Shown one piece after another: positions 17,143 to 26,594 of a DNA stretch of 64,000 bases. Position numbers and translations under genes: made by a program. The DNA is taken from contig JAZORY010000056.1 in assembly GCA_045656825.1 (NCBI GenBank), forward strand, positions 34,424-98,423. Direction: 5' to 3'. Origin of the DNA: Candidatus Avispirillum sp. GTDB lineage: Bacteria > Bacillota > Clostridia > Oscillospirales > CAG-272. How positions within the stretch are numbered: the first letter of the stretch is position 1; every line of letters starts with the position of its first letter. The notes beneath the pieces are model-generated. The model had not been told where the DNA came from and made no database searches. It was given only the letters and a program-made list of their open reading frames with translations.

Positions 17143-17151
17143 TTTTTTCAC

Positions 17152-17190
17152 AAAAAAGGAACTGGTTTTTATCAGTTCCTTTTTATTTTT
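17152..17190 (+). terminator. Rho-independent terminator
   Basis: The sequence is aaaAAGGAACTGgtttttatCAGTTCCTTtttatttttt. Confidence 0.75.
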
Positions 17191-17259
17191 TATTTTGACT
17201 GGTATTTTACGTTATTTTGTGTTAGAATGTCTGTAATATTTTACGGAGGTATTCACACC

Positions 17260-18672
17260 GTGGAAAAACTCTTTAAGCTTTCCGAAAGAAAAACTACTGT
17301 TCGCACAGAAATTATGGCAGGCATCACAACCTTTATGGCTATGGCTTACATTCTTATGGTCAATCCCGGTATGTTCGCTGAGCTGGGCGAGGTTACATAC
17401 GGTGCAGCTTATATTGCAACTGCTATTTCTGCCGTTATCGGCACTGTTCTTATTGGTCTTCTTGCCAATCTTCCTCTCGCGCAAGCTCCCGGCATGGGTC
17501 TTAACGCCTTCTTCGTTTACACAGCCTGCTTCAGCCTCGGCTTTTCATATGCCAACGCCCTTGTTTTCGTTCTTGCCGACGGCATTATCTTCATTTTGCT
17601 GACTGTTACAGGTCTCAGACGATTGATCTTTAATGCCATCCCCGCAACCGTTAAAAAGGCTATTCCCGCAGGTATTGGTCTCTTTATCGCATTCCTCGGA
17701 CTTCAGAATGCAGGATTTGTTATCCACGATCCCTCAACCTGCGTTAATCTCGTTTCTCTCAACCTTCTCGGAAGTGCAACATGGGAAACCATTATGCCCC
17801 TTCTCGTTACCTTTGCAGCTCTCGTTTCTATTGCTATTCTTTCCAAGAAAAACGTTCGCGGAGCTATTCTCTGGGGTATTCTCGGAGGCACCGTTGTATA
17901 CTACGCTCTCGGATTTACCGTTCCCGGATTTTATGACGGCTTCCTGACCGGTCTCTCCCTCAATCCCTTAAACGCCTTTAAGGAATTTTTCGAATATTCA
18001 TTCCTGAAGGTTTTCACAGAGGGCTTTGACTATTCAGCTTACCTTGCGACAGACGGACACAGCGTTGGAGGTCTTATCCTCGCTTTCGTTACCACCGCCC
18101 TTGCATTCTGCATGGTTGATATGTTTGACACACTGGGCACTCTCTATGGCGCTTGCCGCGGCGGAAATCTTCTCATTAAAAACGAAAAGGGCGAGGAAGA
18201 AGTTCCCAACATGGACCGCGCTATGCTTTCCGATGCAATCGCAAGCTGCACAGGTGCTATCTGCGGAACCTCTACTGTTACAACATTCGTTGAAGCATCA
18301 TCAGGAGTTGCCGCAGGCGGCAGAACAGGTCTTTCTGCAATTGTTACCGCAGTGCTTTTCTTTATCTCACTTTTCCTTTCTCCGATTGCGGCTCTTATTC
18401 CTGCAACAGCTTATGCCGCGGCTCTTATCTACGTTGGTATTCTTATGATCGGCTGCGTTAAGGATATTGATTGGGATGATCCCGCAATTGCTCTCCCCTC
18501 CTTCCTTACTGTTACTATGATGCCCTTCACCTACAACATTTCCTACGGTATTGCATTTGGTCTTATTTCCCACATCGCCATCAAGGTGGCAACGGGAAAA
18601 ATCAAAGAGGTTACTGTCGGAACTTGGGTTATTGCATCATTCTTCGCAGCAATGTTCTTCCTTACACACTGA
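17260..18672 (+). CDS. NCS2/AzgA-family purine (adenine/guanine/hypoxanthine) permease
   Basis: EKLFKLSERKTTVRTEIMAGITTFMAMAYILMVNP matches the N-terminus of PbuG/AdeP-type permeases. A GTG start at 17260 has a GGAGG RBS 10 nt upstream. The in-frame ATG at 17227 is an alternative start. Confidence 0.85.
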   Translation: MEKLFKLSERKTTVRTEIMAGITTFMAMAYILMVNPGMFAELGEVTYGAAYIATAISAVIGTVLIGLLANLPLAQAPGMGLNAFFVYTACFSLGFSYANALVFVLADGIIFILLTVTGLRRLIFNAIPATVKKAIPAGIGLFIAFLGLQNAGFVIHDPSTCVNLVSLNLLGSATWETIMPLLVTFAALVSIAILSKKNVRGAILWGILGGTVVYYALGFTVPGFYDGFLTGLSLNPLNAFKEFFEYSFLKVFTEGFDYSAYLATDGHSVGGLILAFVTTALAFCMVDMFDTLGTLYGACRGGNLLIKNEKGEEEVPNMDRAMLSDAIASCTGAICGTSTVTTFVEASSGVAAGGRTGLSAIVTAVLFFISLFLSPIAALIPATAYAAALIYVGILMIGCVKDIDWDDPAIALPSFLTVTMMPFTYNISYGIAFGLISHIAIKVATGKIKEVTVGTWVIASFFAAMFFLTH

Positions 18673-18676
18673 TTTC

Positions 18677-18702
18677 AAGGCAGCCTGCGGGCTGCCTTTT
18701 TT
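18677..18702 (+). terminator. Rho-independent terminator
   Basis: The sequence is AAGGCAGCCtgcgGGCTGCCTTtttt. Confidence 0.8.
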
Positions 18703-18783
18703 CGCCATTAAACTCACTTGATATTAACAAAAAAATATGTTACCATATATGCAATAAAACTAGAAAGGAGCTGTTTTACGAAA

Positions 18784-20442
18784 ATGAAAAAATTCACTCT
18801 TTCAACTCCCCTTCGTATAATTCTCAGCCTTATAATTACACTGATCACAGCAGGCATTTATTTCTATATCAAGCTTCCCGCACTGAACCTTAGAAGCATG
18901 GAGCTTTGGTCTTTCGTTATGCTAATGCTCATGGTTTTCAGCTTTCTGATGCTGATAACTGACGGTTTTGGCATCAATCGTGCCTCCACTCCTCAGGATA
19001 TTCTGCGCGGACTTTGGAAATCCTGCAAAATTCCCGTTGTTCTTCTTGCAATCATTATCCTTTTCTGCCTTGTCGGAAATATTTCCTCCGCAGTTATTTT
19101 CAATTCAAAGGCATACAGCAATCTTATAGAGCTTGAAGAAAGCGATTTCACAACGGATATTAACGAGATATCCTATGAACAGATCCCTCAGCTTGACAAA
19201 AATTCTGCCAGTGTTCTTGCAAATCGCAAGCTTGGCGAGCTCCGAGATCTTGTCAGTCAGTTCGAGGTTGAAATAGAATCTGCCCAGATCAACTACAACG
19301 ACCGCCCCGTGCGCGTTACCTATCTTAACTACGGCGACTTCTTCAAATGGATCAAAAACACCAAAAACGGCATTCCCGCTTACATGGTTACCGACATGGT
19401 TACTCAGGAAGTTTCCGTTGTTCGCACTGAGAGCGGAATCAAATATTCCCCCTCCGAATACTTCAACCGAAACATCACACGCCACCTCCGCTTCGCCTTC
19501 CCCACACTTATGTTTGAGGACGTAAACTTTGAAATTGATGAGGAAGGTATCCCCTATTTCGTTGCATCAGTTATGACAAAGCGCATCGGCATTTTCGGCG
19601 GACGCGATATCATCGGAGCAGTTCTCTGTAATGCGATCACAGGCGAATGTGCTTACTATGATGCAAAGGACATTCCCGTCTGGGTTGACAGAGTTTTCAC
19701 GGCAGATCTTCTCATTGAACAGTATGACTACCGAGGAATGTATCAGAACGGCTTCTGGAACTCCATCTTCGGTCAGTCAGGCTGTACTGTTACAACAGAG
19801 GGCTATAACTACATCGCCCAGGACGACGACGTTTGGATGTACACAGGCATCACCTCTGTTGGAGGAGACCAGTCCAACATCGGATTTATTCTTGTGAACC
19901 AGCGCACAAAGGCTTCCCGTTTCTACAACATCGCAGGAGCAGAGGAATATTCCGCCATGAGCTCCGCTGAGGGCGCTGTTCAGCAATATGAATATTCTGC
20001 CGCCTTCCCCCTGCTTCTCAACATTAAGGGACAGCCCACGTATTTCCTTCCCCTGAAGGATGCTTCAAGCCTTGTTAAAATGTATGCTATGGTAAACGTT
20101 CAGCAATACCAGATCGTTGCATACGGCACTTCTCTTGCTGAATGTGAGGCAAACTACGAAAGTCTGCTGCTTCAGAACAACCTGATTGATGACGACAAAA
20201 AGCCTTCTGAGCCTGAAACGGAAAATTTTGAAATTGAGATCTCAGGCACTGTAACTGATATTCGTGAAGCTGTTATTGAAGGAACAACCATATACTACGT
20301 TTCACTTGACACAGCCCCCGACAAATATTTCCGACTTTCAGCCGCTGACAATGAAGCTGTCGTTATCCTTAACGTAGGCGACGCTATCACAGTTATTACA
20401 AACAACTCAGACTCGGCAATCGTTTCGGCAATTCTTAAATAA
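18784..20442 (+). CDS. Conserved-looking hypothetical membrane protein (3-4 N-terminal TM helices plus a large extracytoplasmic domain)
   Basis: 552-aa protein from ATG 18784 (MKKFTLSTPLRIILSLIITLITAG), preceded by AAAGGAG. The track ORF starts at a TTG at 18718. I recognise no family. Confidence 0.6.
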   Translation: MKKFTLSTPLRIILSLIITLITAGIYFYIKLPALNLRSMELWSFVMLMLMVFSFLMLITDGFGINRASTPQDILRGLWKSCKIPVVLLAIIILFCLVGNISSAVIFNSKAYSNLIELEESDFTTDINEISYEQIPQLDKNSASVLANRKLGELRDLVSQFEVEIESAQINYNDRPVRVTYLNYGDFFKWIKNTKNGIPAYMVTDMVTQEVSVVRTESGIKYSPSEYFNRNITRHLRFAFPTLMFEDVNFEIDEEGIPYFVASVMTKRIGIFGGRDIIGAVLCNAITGECAYYDAKDIPVWVDRVFTADLLIEQYDYRGMYQNGFWNSIFGQSGCTVTTEGYNYIAQDDDVWMYTGITSVGGDQSNIGFILVNQRTKASRFYNIAGAEEYSAMSSAEGAVQQYEYSAAFPLLLNIKGQPTYFLPLKDASSLVKMYAMVNVQQYQIVAYGTSLAECEANYESLLLQNNLIDDDKKPSEPETENFEIEISGTVTDIREAVIEGTTIYYVSLDTAPDKYFRLSAADNEAVVILNVGDAITVITNNSDSAIVSAILK

Positions 20443-20445
20443 TGC

Positions 20446-20473
20446 AAAAAGGACGCTTCAAGCGTCCTTTTTT
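20446..20473. terminator. Bidirectional terminator shared by convergent genes
   Basis: The sequence is aaaaaGGACGCttcaaGCGTCCtttttt. It overlaps the last codons of the minus-strand gene. Confidence 0.8.
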
Positions 20474-21186
20474 AAGTATATTACAGATAACTCTGTTCGA
20501 TTGAAAAGCCTAGGAACAGGAAAAGCAGTATTTGTCAGTCCGCGACTGACGTACAGTCGGTTTTCATAAAGTCCTGCCGTATATTCGGGGAAAAGCCCCT
20601 GCCCCGGCGCATATATACCCTGCCCGAAAAATATCCACTGACCACCGTGAGCGTGTCCTGAAATGGTCAGATCAATATCAGTTTCACGTATAAACTCAGG
20701 ATAATATTCAGGATGATGGCACAACAAAAGCTTGAAGCCGTCCGATTTTGCAAACTCACGAAGATAATCAAGATCTGGCGGAGGAGTTTTAATATATTTG
20801 CTGACCAAAAGCCCCGTCGTCAGCCCGCCGAAAGCGATTTCTCCATCCATTACCGTTTCATTATCAAGCAGCACTGCTCCGCTCTGTTCTATGAATTTCT
20901 TACATTCATCGGAAACACGTCGCTCGTGGTTTCCGACGCTGTAAAAAGTTTTGGCAATACCCGCTGCCTGACTGAGAAAGCTGAGCCCTCGGCTGCTCTC
21001 GACAAGAGAATCATCTTTATCAAGATTATGTGTCAGATCTCCGGGAATCAGAATATAATCAGGACGAATCTCAAAAAGAGCTTTGAGCACGTCCTTATAG
21101 ACTCTATTATGAAGATCTGCAACCACAGCAAGAGTGTAATCTTTATTCAGCTTTTTTGAATATATTTCAGTTTTTGTAATTTCCAT
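20458..21186 (-). CDS. Metallophosphoesterase (YaeI-like)
   Basis: Calcineurin-like phosphoesterase motifs are present: VADLHN, GDLTH, GNHE, GHAHGGQ. I moved the start to ATG 21186 (MEITKTEIY) because the longer ORF (to 21249) would translate the upstream terminator hairpin. Confidence 0.8.
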   Translation of the reverse strand: MEITKTEIYSKKLNKDYTLAVVADLHNRVYKDVLKALFEIRPDYILIPGDLTHNLDKDDSLVESSRGLSFLSQAAGIAKTFYSVGNHERRVSDECKKFIEQSGAVLLDNETVMDGEIAFGGLTTGLLVSKYIKTPPPDLDYLREFAKSDGFKLLLCHHPEYYPEFIRETDIDLTISGHAHGGQWIFFGQGIYAPGQGLFPEYTAGLYENRLYVSRGLTNTAFPVPRLFNRTELSVIYLKKDA

Positions 21187-21199
21187 AAAATTATAATAC

Positions 21200-21225
21200 A
21201 GAGCGGCTTGTTTCCAAGCCGCTCT
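21200..21225 (-). terminator. Terminator after the argF/nucleoside-hydrolase pair
   Basis: On the minus strand: AGAGCGGCTTggaaacAAGCCGCTCT followed by a T-rich tract. Confidence 0.6.
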
Positions 21226-21233
21226 CTCTTTTG

Positions 21234-22160
21234 TTAAATCTCTCCGCAAAGGCGGTCGGTCAAGAACTTATAGAACATATCCTTATACTTGTAGTATACG
21301 GCACAATGTACAAGACGGCCGTTTTCACTATCGTCGTTGGTATATCCGCCATCGTCGATAGAAAGCATATGATCTTCAACGATAAAGTTGTAATCGCCCT
21401 TTACAGCATAGTAAATAGCCGCTGTGTCGTAAAGGGATGTTGTATGTGTCTTATAATATGTGCAGTTGCCCTTTACCATCCAGAAATCAAAGCACTCGAG
21501 AGTTGTTCCGACAACGGGGTCCTTGTCTCTGTTATAAAGAATCTTCTGATATGCATCGTCGCCCACAACAACGTGTGCCGTTACGTCAAGGGGAATAAGC
21601 GTGATATCCCAGGATGCTGCAAACGCCTTTCTGAATGAGGGGATGTCTGCACGAACGTTATAGTCGGATGCCTTCTGGATAACGTCAAGTCCGTGTCCGT
21701 TATAGATGGATCCGCCAACGATGATAAGCTTTGCCTTTTCAGCTATGCGAGGCTCCTTCTCAAGAGCTGCAGCAATATCCGTCATCGGTCCGATACAGAT
21801 GATCGTTACAATCTCATCGCTTGCCATAACAGTGTCGATCATAGCCTGAATACCGTCCTCACGGAATCCTCCGGGATAGCTTGCAAGGTCGTAATCCTCT
21901 GCCCACTCTCTCAGGTGATAGTCAAAATTCTCACTTGCAAGACCTGCGGCTACGGGAATATGGCTATATCCGCACATATCCATCTGCTTTGCCGCAACCT
22001 TCGTGCGTCCGAAGGGATAATCGGGATTTTCAAGGCAAGGAACTACAAGCTTTGTGTCAAGCTCGGGGCTTCTGAGAAGAAAGGAAAGCGCCCAAGTGTC
22101 GTCGATATCGCCGCCGATATCTGTGTTAAGAATTACGGGAATCTTTTTTGTTTCACTCAT
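21234..22160 (-). CDS. Nucleoside hydrolase (IUNH family)
   Basis: The N-terminal signature [19 protein letters not shown] is a DxDxxxDD-type motif. The 308-aa gene has a 4-nt ATGA overlap with the argF stop. Confidence 0.85.
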   Translation of the reverse strand: MSETKKIPVILNTDIGGDIDDTWALSFLLRSPELDTKLVVPCLENPDYPFGRTKVAAKQMDMCGYSHIPVAAGLASENFDYHLREWAEDYDLASYPGGFREDGIQAMIDTVMASDEIVTIICIGPMTDIAAALEKEPRIAEKAKLIIVGGSIYNGHGLDVIQKASDYNVRADIPSFRKAFAASWDITLIPLDVTAHVVVGDDAYQKILYNRDKDPVVGTTLECFDFWMVKGNCTYYKTHTTSLYDTAAIYYAVKGDYNFIVEDHMLSIDDGGYTNDDSENGRLVHCAVYYKYKDMFYKFLTDRLCGEI

Positions 22161-23152
22161 TGTCTTGCTCCTAACGTTGCAGCCATAACGGCCTTAATTG
22201 TATGCATTCTGTTTTCAGCCTCATCAAACACGATGGACTGCTCACTTTCAAATACCTCGTCCGTAACCTCAAGATCCTCACGGCCGAAGCGCTCGCACAT
22301 TTCGCGGCCAACAACCGTCTTTTTATCGTGGTATGCAGGCAGACAATGCATAAAGCGGCACTGGGGACCTGCATTGTCCATAAGAGCGCGGTTTACCTGA
22401 TAGGGTGAGAGATCGTTGATTCTCTCTGCCCAAACCTCAACAGGCTCGCCCATTGATACCCATACGTCTGTATAGATAACGTCGGCGCCCTTTGTTGCCT
22501 CCATGGGATCTTCCATAAATCTGAGAGTTGCGCCTGTTTCCTGTGCAATTCTCTTACATTCTTCAATAAGCTCACCCTCAGGGAAATATTTCTTAGGAGC
22601 GCAGCAGGTGAAGTTGAGGCCCATCTTTGCGCATCCAACCATAAGAGAGTTGCCCATATTATATCTTGCATCGCCCATATAAACGAAGTTGATTCCCTTA
22701 AGGCGACCGAAATGCTCACGGATAGTGAGGAAGTCTGCCAGGATCTGTGTGGGATGGAACTCGTTTGTAAGACCGTTCCATACGGGAACGCCTGCATGCG
22801 CTGCAAGCTCTTCAACGATGGACTGCTCAAAGCCTCTGTATTCGATACCGTCATAGAGTCTGCCAAGAACTCTTGCGGAGTCGGCAATGCTCTCTTTTCT
22901 GCCTATCTGGGAAGCGGAGGGATCAAGATATGTTACGTGCATACCGAGACCATGGGCTGCAACCTCGAAGGAGCAACGGGTTCTCGTGCTTGTTTTTTCA
23001 AAAATAAGTGCAATATTTTTATTGGGAAGCTGAGCGTGGGAAATTCCGTTTTTACGCTCGTCCTTAAGAGTTGCTGCTACGTCAAGAAGAAATCCGATCT
23101 CTTCAGGTGTAAAATCAAGCAGCTTGAGAAAATGTCTGCCTTTAAGATTCAT
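22157..23152 (-). CDS. argF: Ornithine carbamoyltransferase
   Basis: STRTR, HPTQ and [10 protein letters not shown] motifs are present (HCLP is typical of OTCase rather than ATCase). 331 aa. Confidence 0.9.
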   Translation of the reverse strand: MNLKGRHFLKLLDFTPEEIGFLLDVAATLKDERKNGISHAQLPNKNIALIFEKTSTRTRCSFEVAAHGLGMHVTYLDPSASQIGRKESIADSARVLGRLYDGIEYRGFEQSIVEELAAHAGVPVWNGLTNEFHPTQILADFLTIREHFGRLKGINFVYMGDARYNMGNSLMVGCAKMGLNFTCCAPKKYFPEGELIEECKRIAQETGATLRFMEDPMEATKGADVIYTDVWVSMGEPVEVWAERINDLSPYQVNRALMDNAGPQCRFMHCLPAYHDKKTVVGREMCERFGREDLEVTDEVFESEQSIVFDEAENRMHTIKAVMAATLGARQ

Positions 23153-23269
23153 TTGCTTAGGTTTCCTTGTGTTTCAAAAAAATAGATAGTTCATTATATC
23201 ATTTTATTTTATTTGTGTAAAGTGGTTCTGCTTTTTTTCTTTAATTTATGCACTTTGATAAAATTTAAC

Positions 23270-23298
23270 TTGATTATATATACACTTTGCGATATAAT
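23270..23298 (+). promoter_or_regulatory. Sigma-A-type promoter for the SGNH-dockerin gene
   Basis: TTGATT (23270-23275), 17-nt spacer, TATAAT (23293-23298). Confidence 0.5.
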
Positions 23299-23335
23299 GT
23301 ATTTGTATAAATTTGCCTAAAAGAAAGGAAACGTC

Positions 23336-25822
23336 ATGAAAAGATTTCGCCGTATTATGAGCTTTACGTTAGCTCTCGCGATGCTCTTATCTACAATGGT
23401 TTTCACTACATCCTCTCTTGATACAACCAAGTATACTCCCCAGGATGGCGTGATCATTTTCAATTCACAGTCAGTGGTTGATAAATTTATCACAAGCTCA
23501 AATAATGTTAAATATTCTTATGACAAGACAGAAAAAGCTCTCAAAGTTGAGGTTACAGGGGGCGACCCTGGAATCTATATCAACTGGAAAGGTGCTGTTT
23601 CTACCGATATAAGTTGCAAAAGTATGGATTATGTATACACTGTATATAAATCTCCCACAACCAACTCTTCCTCAGCTAATCTTACAGGACTATTTTTCTG
23701 TACCACAAAAGCATACCCTAACCCCAATGCTAACGCATTGAAACAATATTCAGTTAAAATCTCTGATCAATACGTGATTTCAAGAACAGATGTTACCGGA
23801 ATGACAAGCGATGACTACAAATACATGTACGGAAATTTTTTGGGATTCCGTTATGATATTTTCGAAAACGCTAAAGTTGGCGATGTTATGTATATAGATT
23901 CAGTTATTATAAACAACCCCAATATTCCCGGCGCTGAAATTGCAGGTGCAAGAACTGCTATTCACAACGGTTATCCTGTTGATGCCAACTCAATATATCT
24001 TTGCCGCGAATACGATGCTAAAAAATACACCTCTCCCTTCTGGAAAGGTAATGTTGTTTATAACGAAGCAGTTTGCCCTATCGCAAACGACGATGGCAGC
24101 TATACATACACACTTATGTATACTCCCGATGAGATAATTTATGTTTACGACGGAACATTCAGCCGCTTCTACGAAGAAGGCAAGGACTTTACGGTCAAAG
24201 GCAACAAGCTGACAATTCTGAACGGAAGCATAAAAAAATACGCTCTCAATCAGGCATATTCAGGCGATGCACTCTATTTTGAAGATTATCTCAACGTTAC
24301 TTACACCCACAGCGACAAATGGGATTATTATATTCCAACATCACAGGCTAGCGAATTGCCCAAAACCTCCTCTGCTATCAAAAACAACGAAAAGCTTAAT
24401 CTTGTTTTCTTCGGAGATAGTATCACAGGCGGCTCAAATGCATCCAGCTACCGTGGTTATTATCCTAACGCGCCTTACTGGTGGATGCAGATAGAGGACG
24501 CTCTTCGCGAAAATTATGGTTTTTCTAACCTTAACGTTTACGACGTAAGCCAGGGCGGTGCATCATCAAGTCAAATGATAGGCACATTTAATGATTCTGT
24601 TCTTACAAAAAATCCCGATCTAATCTTTATCGAATTTGGTGTTAATGATGCACAGCATGCTTCTAATGCCGGAAAAGCTGTTTCTACCCTTAAAAGCGAA
24701 TTCAAATCTGCTATCAAATCTATGATCACAGCTGCGAGATCAAAAAATTCCAACTGCGAGATTGTTCTTGTTGCTCCCTATTACAGCCATATATACAACT
24801 ACAAGGATGAATACTTTGAAGCTTGTCGCGATGCCTGCATTGAGCTTGCAAATGCTTACGACAAGGTTGTATGCCTTAATATGACTGATCTTCACGGTTC
24901 TCTCTACGATGTAAAGCGTCATTATGACATTACAGGCGATAATGCTTGTCATCCCAACGACTATATGTCCCGTATCTTTGCTCAGGCAGGTCTTGCAACG
25001 ATCATTCCTGAGGATGTTGGATACAATGCATATCCCCCCTCTGAGTCTGAAACTCCTCTTGAGATCACCTCAATTTCTCCCTCAAGCGCTACTATCAACA
25101 AGACCGGCTCTGCAACCTTTGTTGCAAGCGTTTCCGGAGAAGGAGTTTCATACAAATGGAACACCTCTTCCCTTCCCGCAGGAGTTTCCATAAGCGGAGC
25201 TTCAACAAACACTCTTAAGCTTTCCGTTAACAAGGCTATGAACGGCAGCTTTACAAAAGAGATTTCTCTTACAGTTACTGATTCAAACGGCAAAACCGCT
25301 ACAAAGTCAGTTAAGCTTTCATACACAGGAATCACACCTCCGACGATAAATACAATCACACCTGACAGTGCAACCATCAATGAAACAGGCTCTGTTTCGT
25401 TCAAGGCAAATGCAACGGGAGACTCTCTCACTTACAAATGGGACACATCCTCTCTTCCCGAGTACTTCACTGTCAGCGGAAATACAAGCTCTACACTAAG
25501 CGTTTCCGTTGCCAGTCCCAAGGTTGGAGACTTCACATACGATATCACACTCACTGTTACCGACTCGATCGGAAACACAACACAGAAAATCGTTCAGCTT
25601 TCCTACGACGGTCTGCTCAGAGGCAACCTAAATGAAAGCAATGACGGAAACGAAAGCATTACCTTAAAGGACGTTTTCGAAATGAAACTTATCGTCAAAA
25701 AGTTTGTTGATCCCACAGACAGAGATAAAGCCGCAGGAGATGTTGACGGAGACGGAGACGTTGATATTATCGACCTCTTCTATCTCAAGGTCAGAATCAT
25801 GAAAGGCGAATGGACAATCTGA
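23336..25822 (+). CDS. Secreted multidomain SGNH/GDSL hydrolase with two Ig-like modules and a C-terminal dockerin
   Basis: A signal peptide is present. SGNH blocks are present: FFGDSITGG, FIEFGVNDA, DNACHPND. Two tandem Ig-like repeats of about 90 aa follow. The C-terminus has dockerin F-hand repeats (NLNESNDGNESITLKDVFEMKL and GDVDGDGDVDIIDLFYLKV). Confidence 0.8.
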   Translation: MKRFRRIMSFTLALAMLLSTMVFTTSSLDTTKYTPQDGVIIFNSQSVVDKFITSSNNVKYSYDKTEKALKVEVTGGDPGIYINWKGAVSTDISCKSMDYVYTVYKSPTTNSSSANLTGLFFCTTKAYPNPNANALKQYSVKISDQYVISRTDVTGMTSDDYKYMYGNFLGFRYDIFENAKVGDVMYIDSVIINNPNIPGAEIAGARTAIHNGYPVDANSIYLCREYDAKKYTSPFWKGNVVYNEAVCPIANDDGSYTYTLMYTPDEIIYVYDGTFSRFYEEGKDFTVKGNKLTILNGSIKKYALNQAYSGDALYFEDYLNVTYTHSDKWDYYIPTSQASELPKTSSAIKNNEKLNLVFFGDSITGGSNASSYRGYYPNAPYWWMQIEDALRENYGFSNLNVYDVSQGGASSSQMIGTFNDSVLTKNPDLIFIEFGVNDAQHASNAGKAVSTLKSEFKSAIKSMITAARSKNSNCEIVLVAPYYSHIYNYKDEYFEACRDACIELANAYDKVVCLNMTDLHGSLYDVKRHYDITGDNACHPNDYMSRIFAQAGLATIIPEDVGYNAYPPSESETPLEITSISPSSATINKTGSATFVASVSGEGVSYKWNTSSLPAGVSISGASTNTLKLSVNKAMNGSFTKEISLTVTDSNGKTATKSVKLSYTGITPPTINTITPDSATINETGSVSFKANATGDSLTYKWDTSSLPEYFTVSGNTSSTLSVSVASPKVGDFTYDITLTVTDSIGNTTQKIVQLSYDGLLRGNLNESNDGNESITLKDVFEMKLIVKKFVDPTDRDKAAGDVDGDGDVDIIDLFYLKVRIMKGEWTI
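25061..25612 (+). repeat. Tandem duplication encoding two Ig-like modules
   Basis: The two modules align by eye: EITSISPSSATINKTGSATFVASVSGEGVSYKWNTSSLP...LTVTDSNGKTATKSVKLSYTG and INTITPDSATINETGSVSFKANATGDSLTYKWDTSSLP...LTVTDSIGNTTQKIVQLSYDG. Confidence 0.6.
25622..25819 (+). other. Dockerin module (two Ca-binding F-hand segments)
   Basis: One segment is degenerate and one is canonical (GDVDGDGDVDIIDLFYLK). They lie at the extreme C-terminus of a secreted enzyme. Confidence 0.65.
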
Positions 25823-25840
25823 ATTCTTAAATATCAAAGC

Positions 25841-25877
25841 AAAAAGCTGCTTTCTTTTACAGAAAGCAGCTTTTTTA
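25841..25877. terminator. Bidirectional terminator (13-bp stem)
   Basis: The sequence is AAAGCTGCTTTCTtttacAGAAAGCAGCTTTttt. Confidence 0.8.
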
Positions 25878-25881
25878 CGTC

Positions 25882-26577
25882 TTAGATAAAAAACTTCTTT
25901 TCGAGCTTTTCGCGAACGGATGAATTGATTGCAAGGAATATTAACATCCCTCCGAGCAACAGAGAGGCAACCAGAGGATAAACTGACCAAAACGAGTATT
26001 TCTCTATTGCAAAGGTTATATTGACCAATAGCTCAAACACAGGAGACAGAATTCCAAGGAGAAGTATTGCTCCGCCTGAAATATAAAGACTTCCGCGTTT
26101 TACATACTTAAACAGCGTTACTACCGCCGTTGCTATAAGCCCCAAAACTCCTACAAGGGGAAATCCGAAGCTCAAAAACCAATCTCCGTCGGCCGCAAAG
26201 TTGACATACCAAAGATAACCTCCGATGGATGCAAAGGACACGGGAACAAATATAACCGGATTAGGCTTTCTGAACCAGAACGGCAGCACCACCATAACGT
26301 AACCAAGGATAAGAGCTCCTATAACGTAGCCTGACCAGCCCACCCTTGAATTGACCTTAAGATCGCAAAGCAGCGTTATGATGATCGGCAACAAAAACAT
26401 GGTTGTTATTATCACCAAAGCTGCAAGCTTATTTACTTGCTGTCGCGGATACTTGTTTTCGGGATAAAGCCTTTCAACCTCATCTCTCTTTATATCTGGG
26501 TGAAAAGCAACTGTTCCGCACAAGGGACAGGTTTTTTCCGTGTCCTCAAGCTTGACACCGCATTTTACACAATACAT
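25882..26577 (-). CDS. Zinc-ribbon domain membrane protein
   Basis: MYCVKCGVKLEDTEKTCPLCG is a CxxC...CxxC zinc ribbon. It is followed by 5-6 predicted TM helices. The gene lies 17 nt downstream of the hydrolase-acyltransferase fusion gene. Confidence 0.65.
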   Translation of the reverse strand: MYCVKCGVKLEDTEKTCPLCGTVAFHPDIKRDEVERLYPENKYPRQQVNKLAALVIITTMFLLPIIITLLCDLKVNSRVGWSGYVIGALILGYVMVVLPFWFRKPNPVIFVPVSFASIGGYLWYVNFAADGDWFLSFGFPLVGVLGLIATAVVTLFKYVKRGSLYISGGAILLLGILSPVFELLVNITFAIEKYSFWSVYPLVASLLLGGMLIFLAINSSVREKLEKKFFI

Positions 26578-26594
26578 ATTCTTTTCTCCTTTTA

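Noticed and set aside
16879-17151. 90-aa hydrophobic minus-strand ORF between the SLH gene and the purine permease gene
   Set aside because: It overlaps the 3' end of the SLH gene and has no RBS. Its GTG start also sits against the terminator. The plus-strand 57-aa ORF has a proper RBS and terminator. This rejection is not definitive without comparative data.
17152-17259. Looked for a purine riboswitch upstream of the NCS2 purine permease
   Set aside because: The roughly 70-nt space after the upstream terminator contains only promoter-like elements (TTGACT, and TGTTAGAAT with a 22-nt spacer). Nothing resembles the conserved purine aptamer junction sequence or its three-helix layout.
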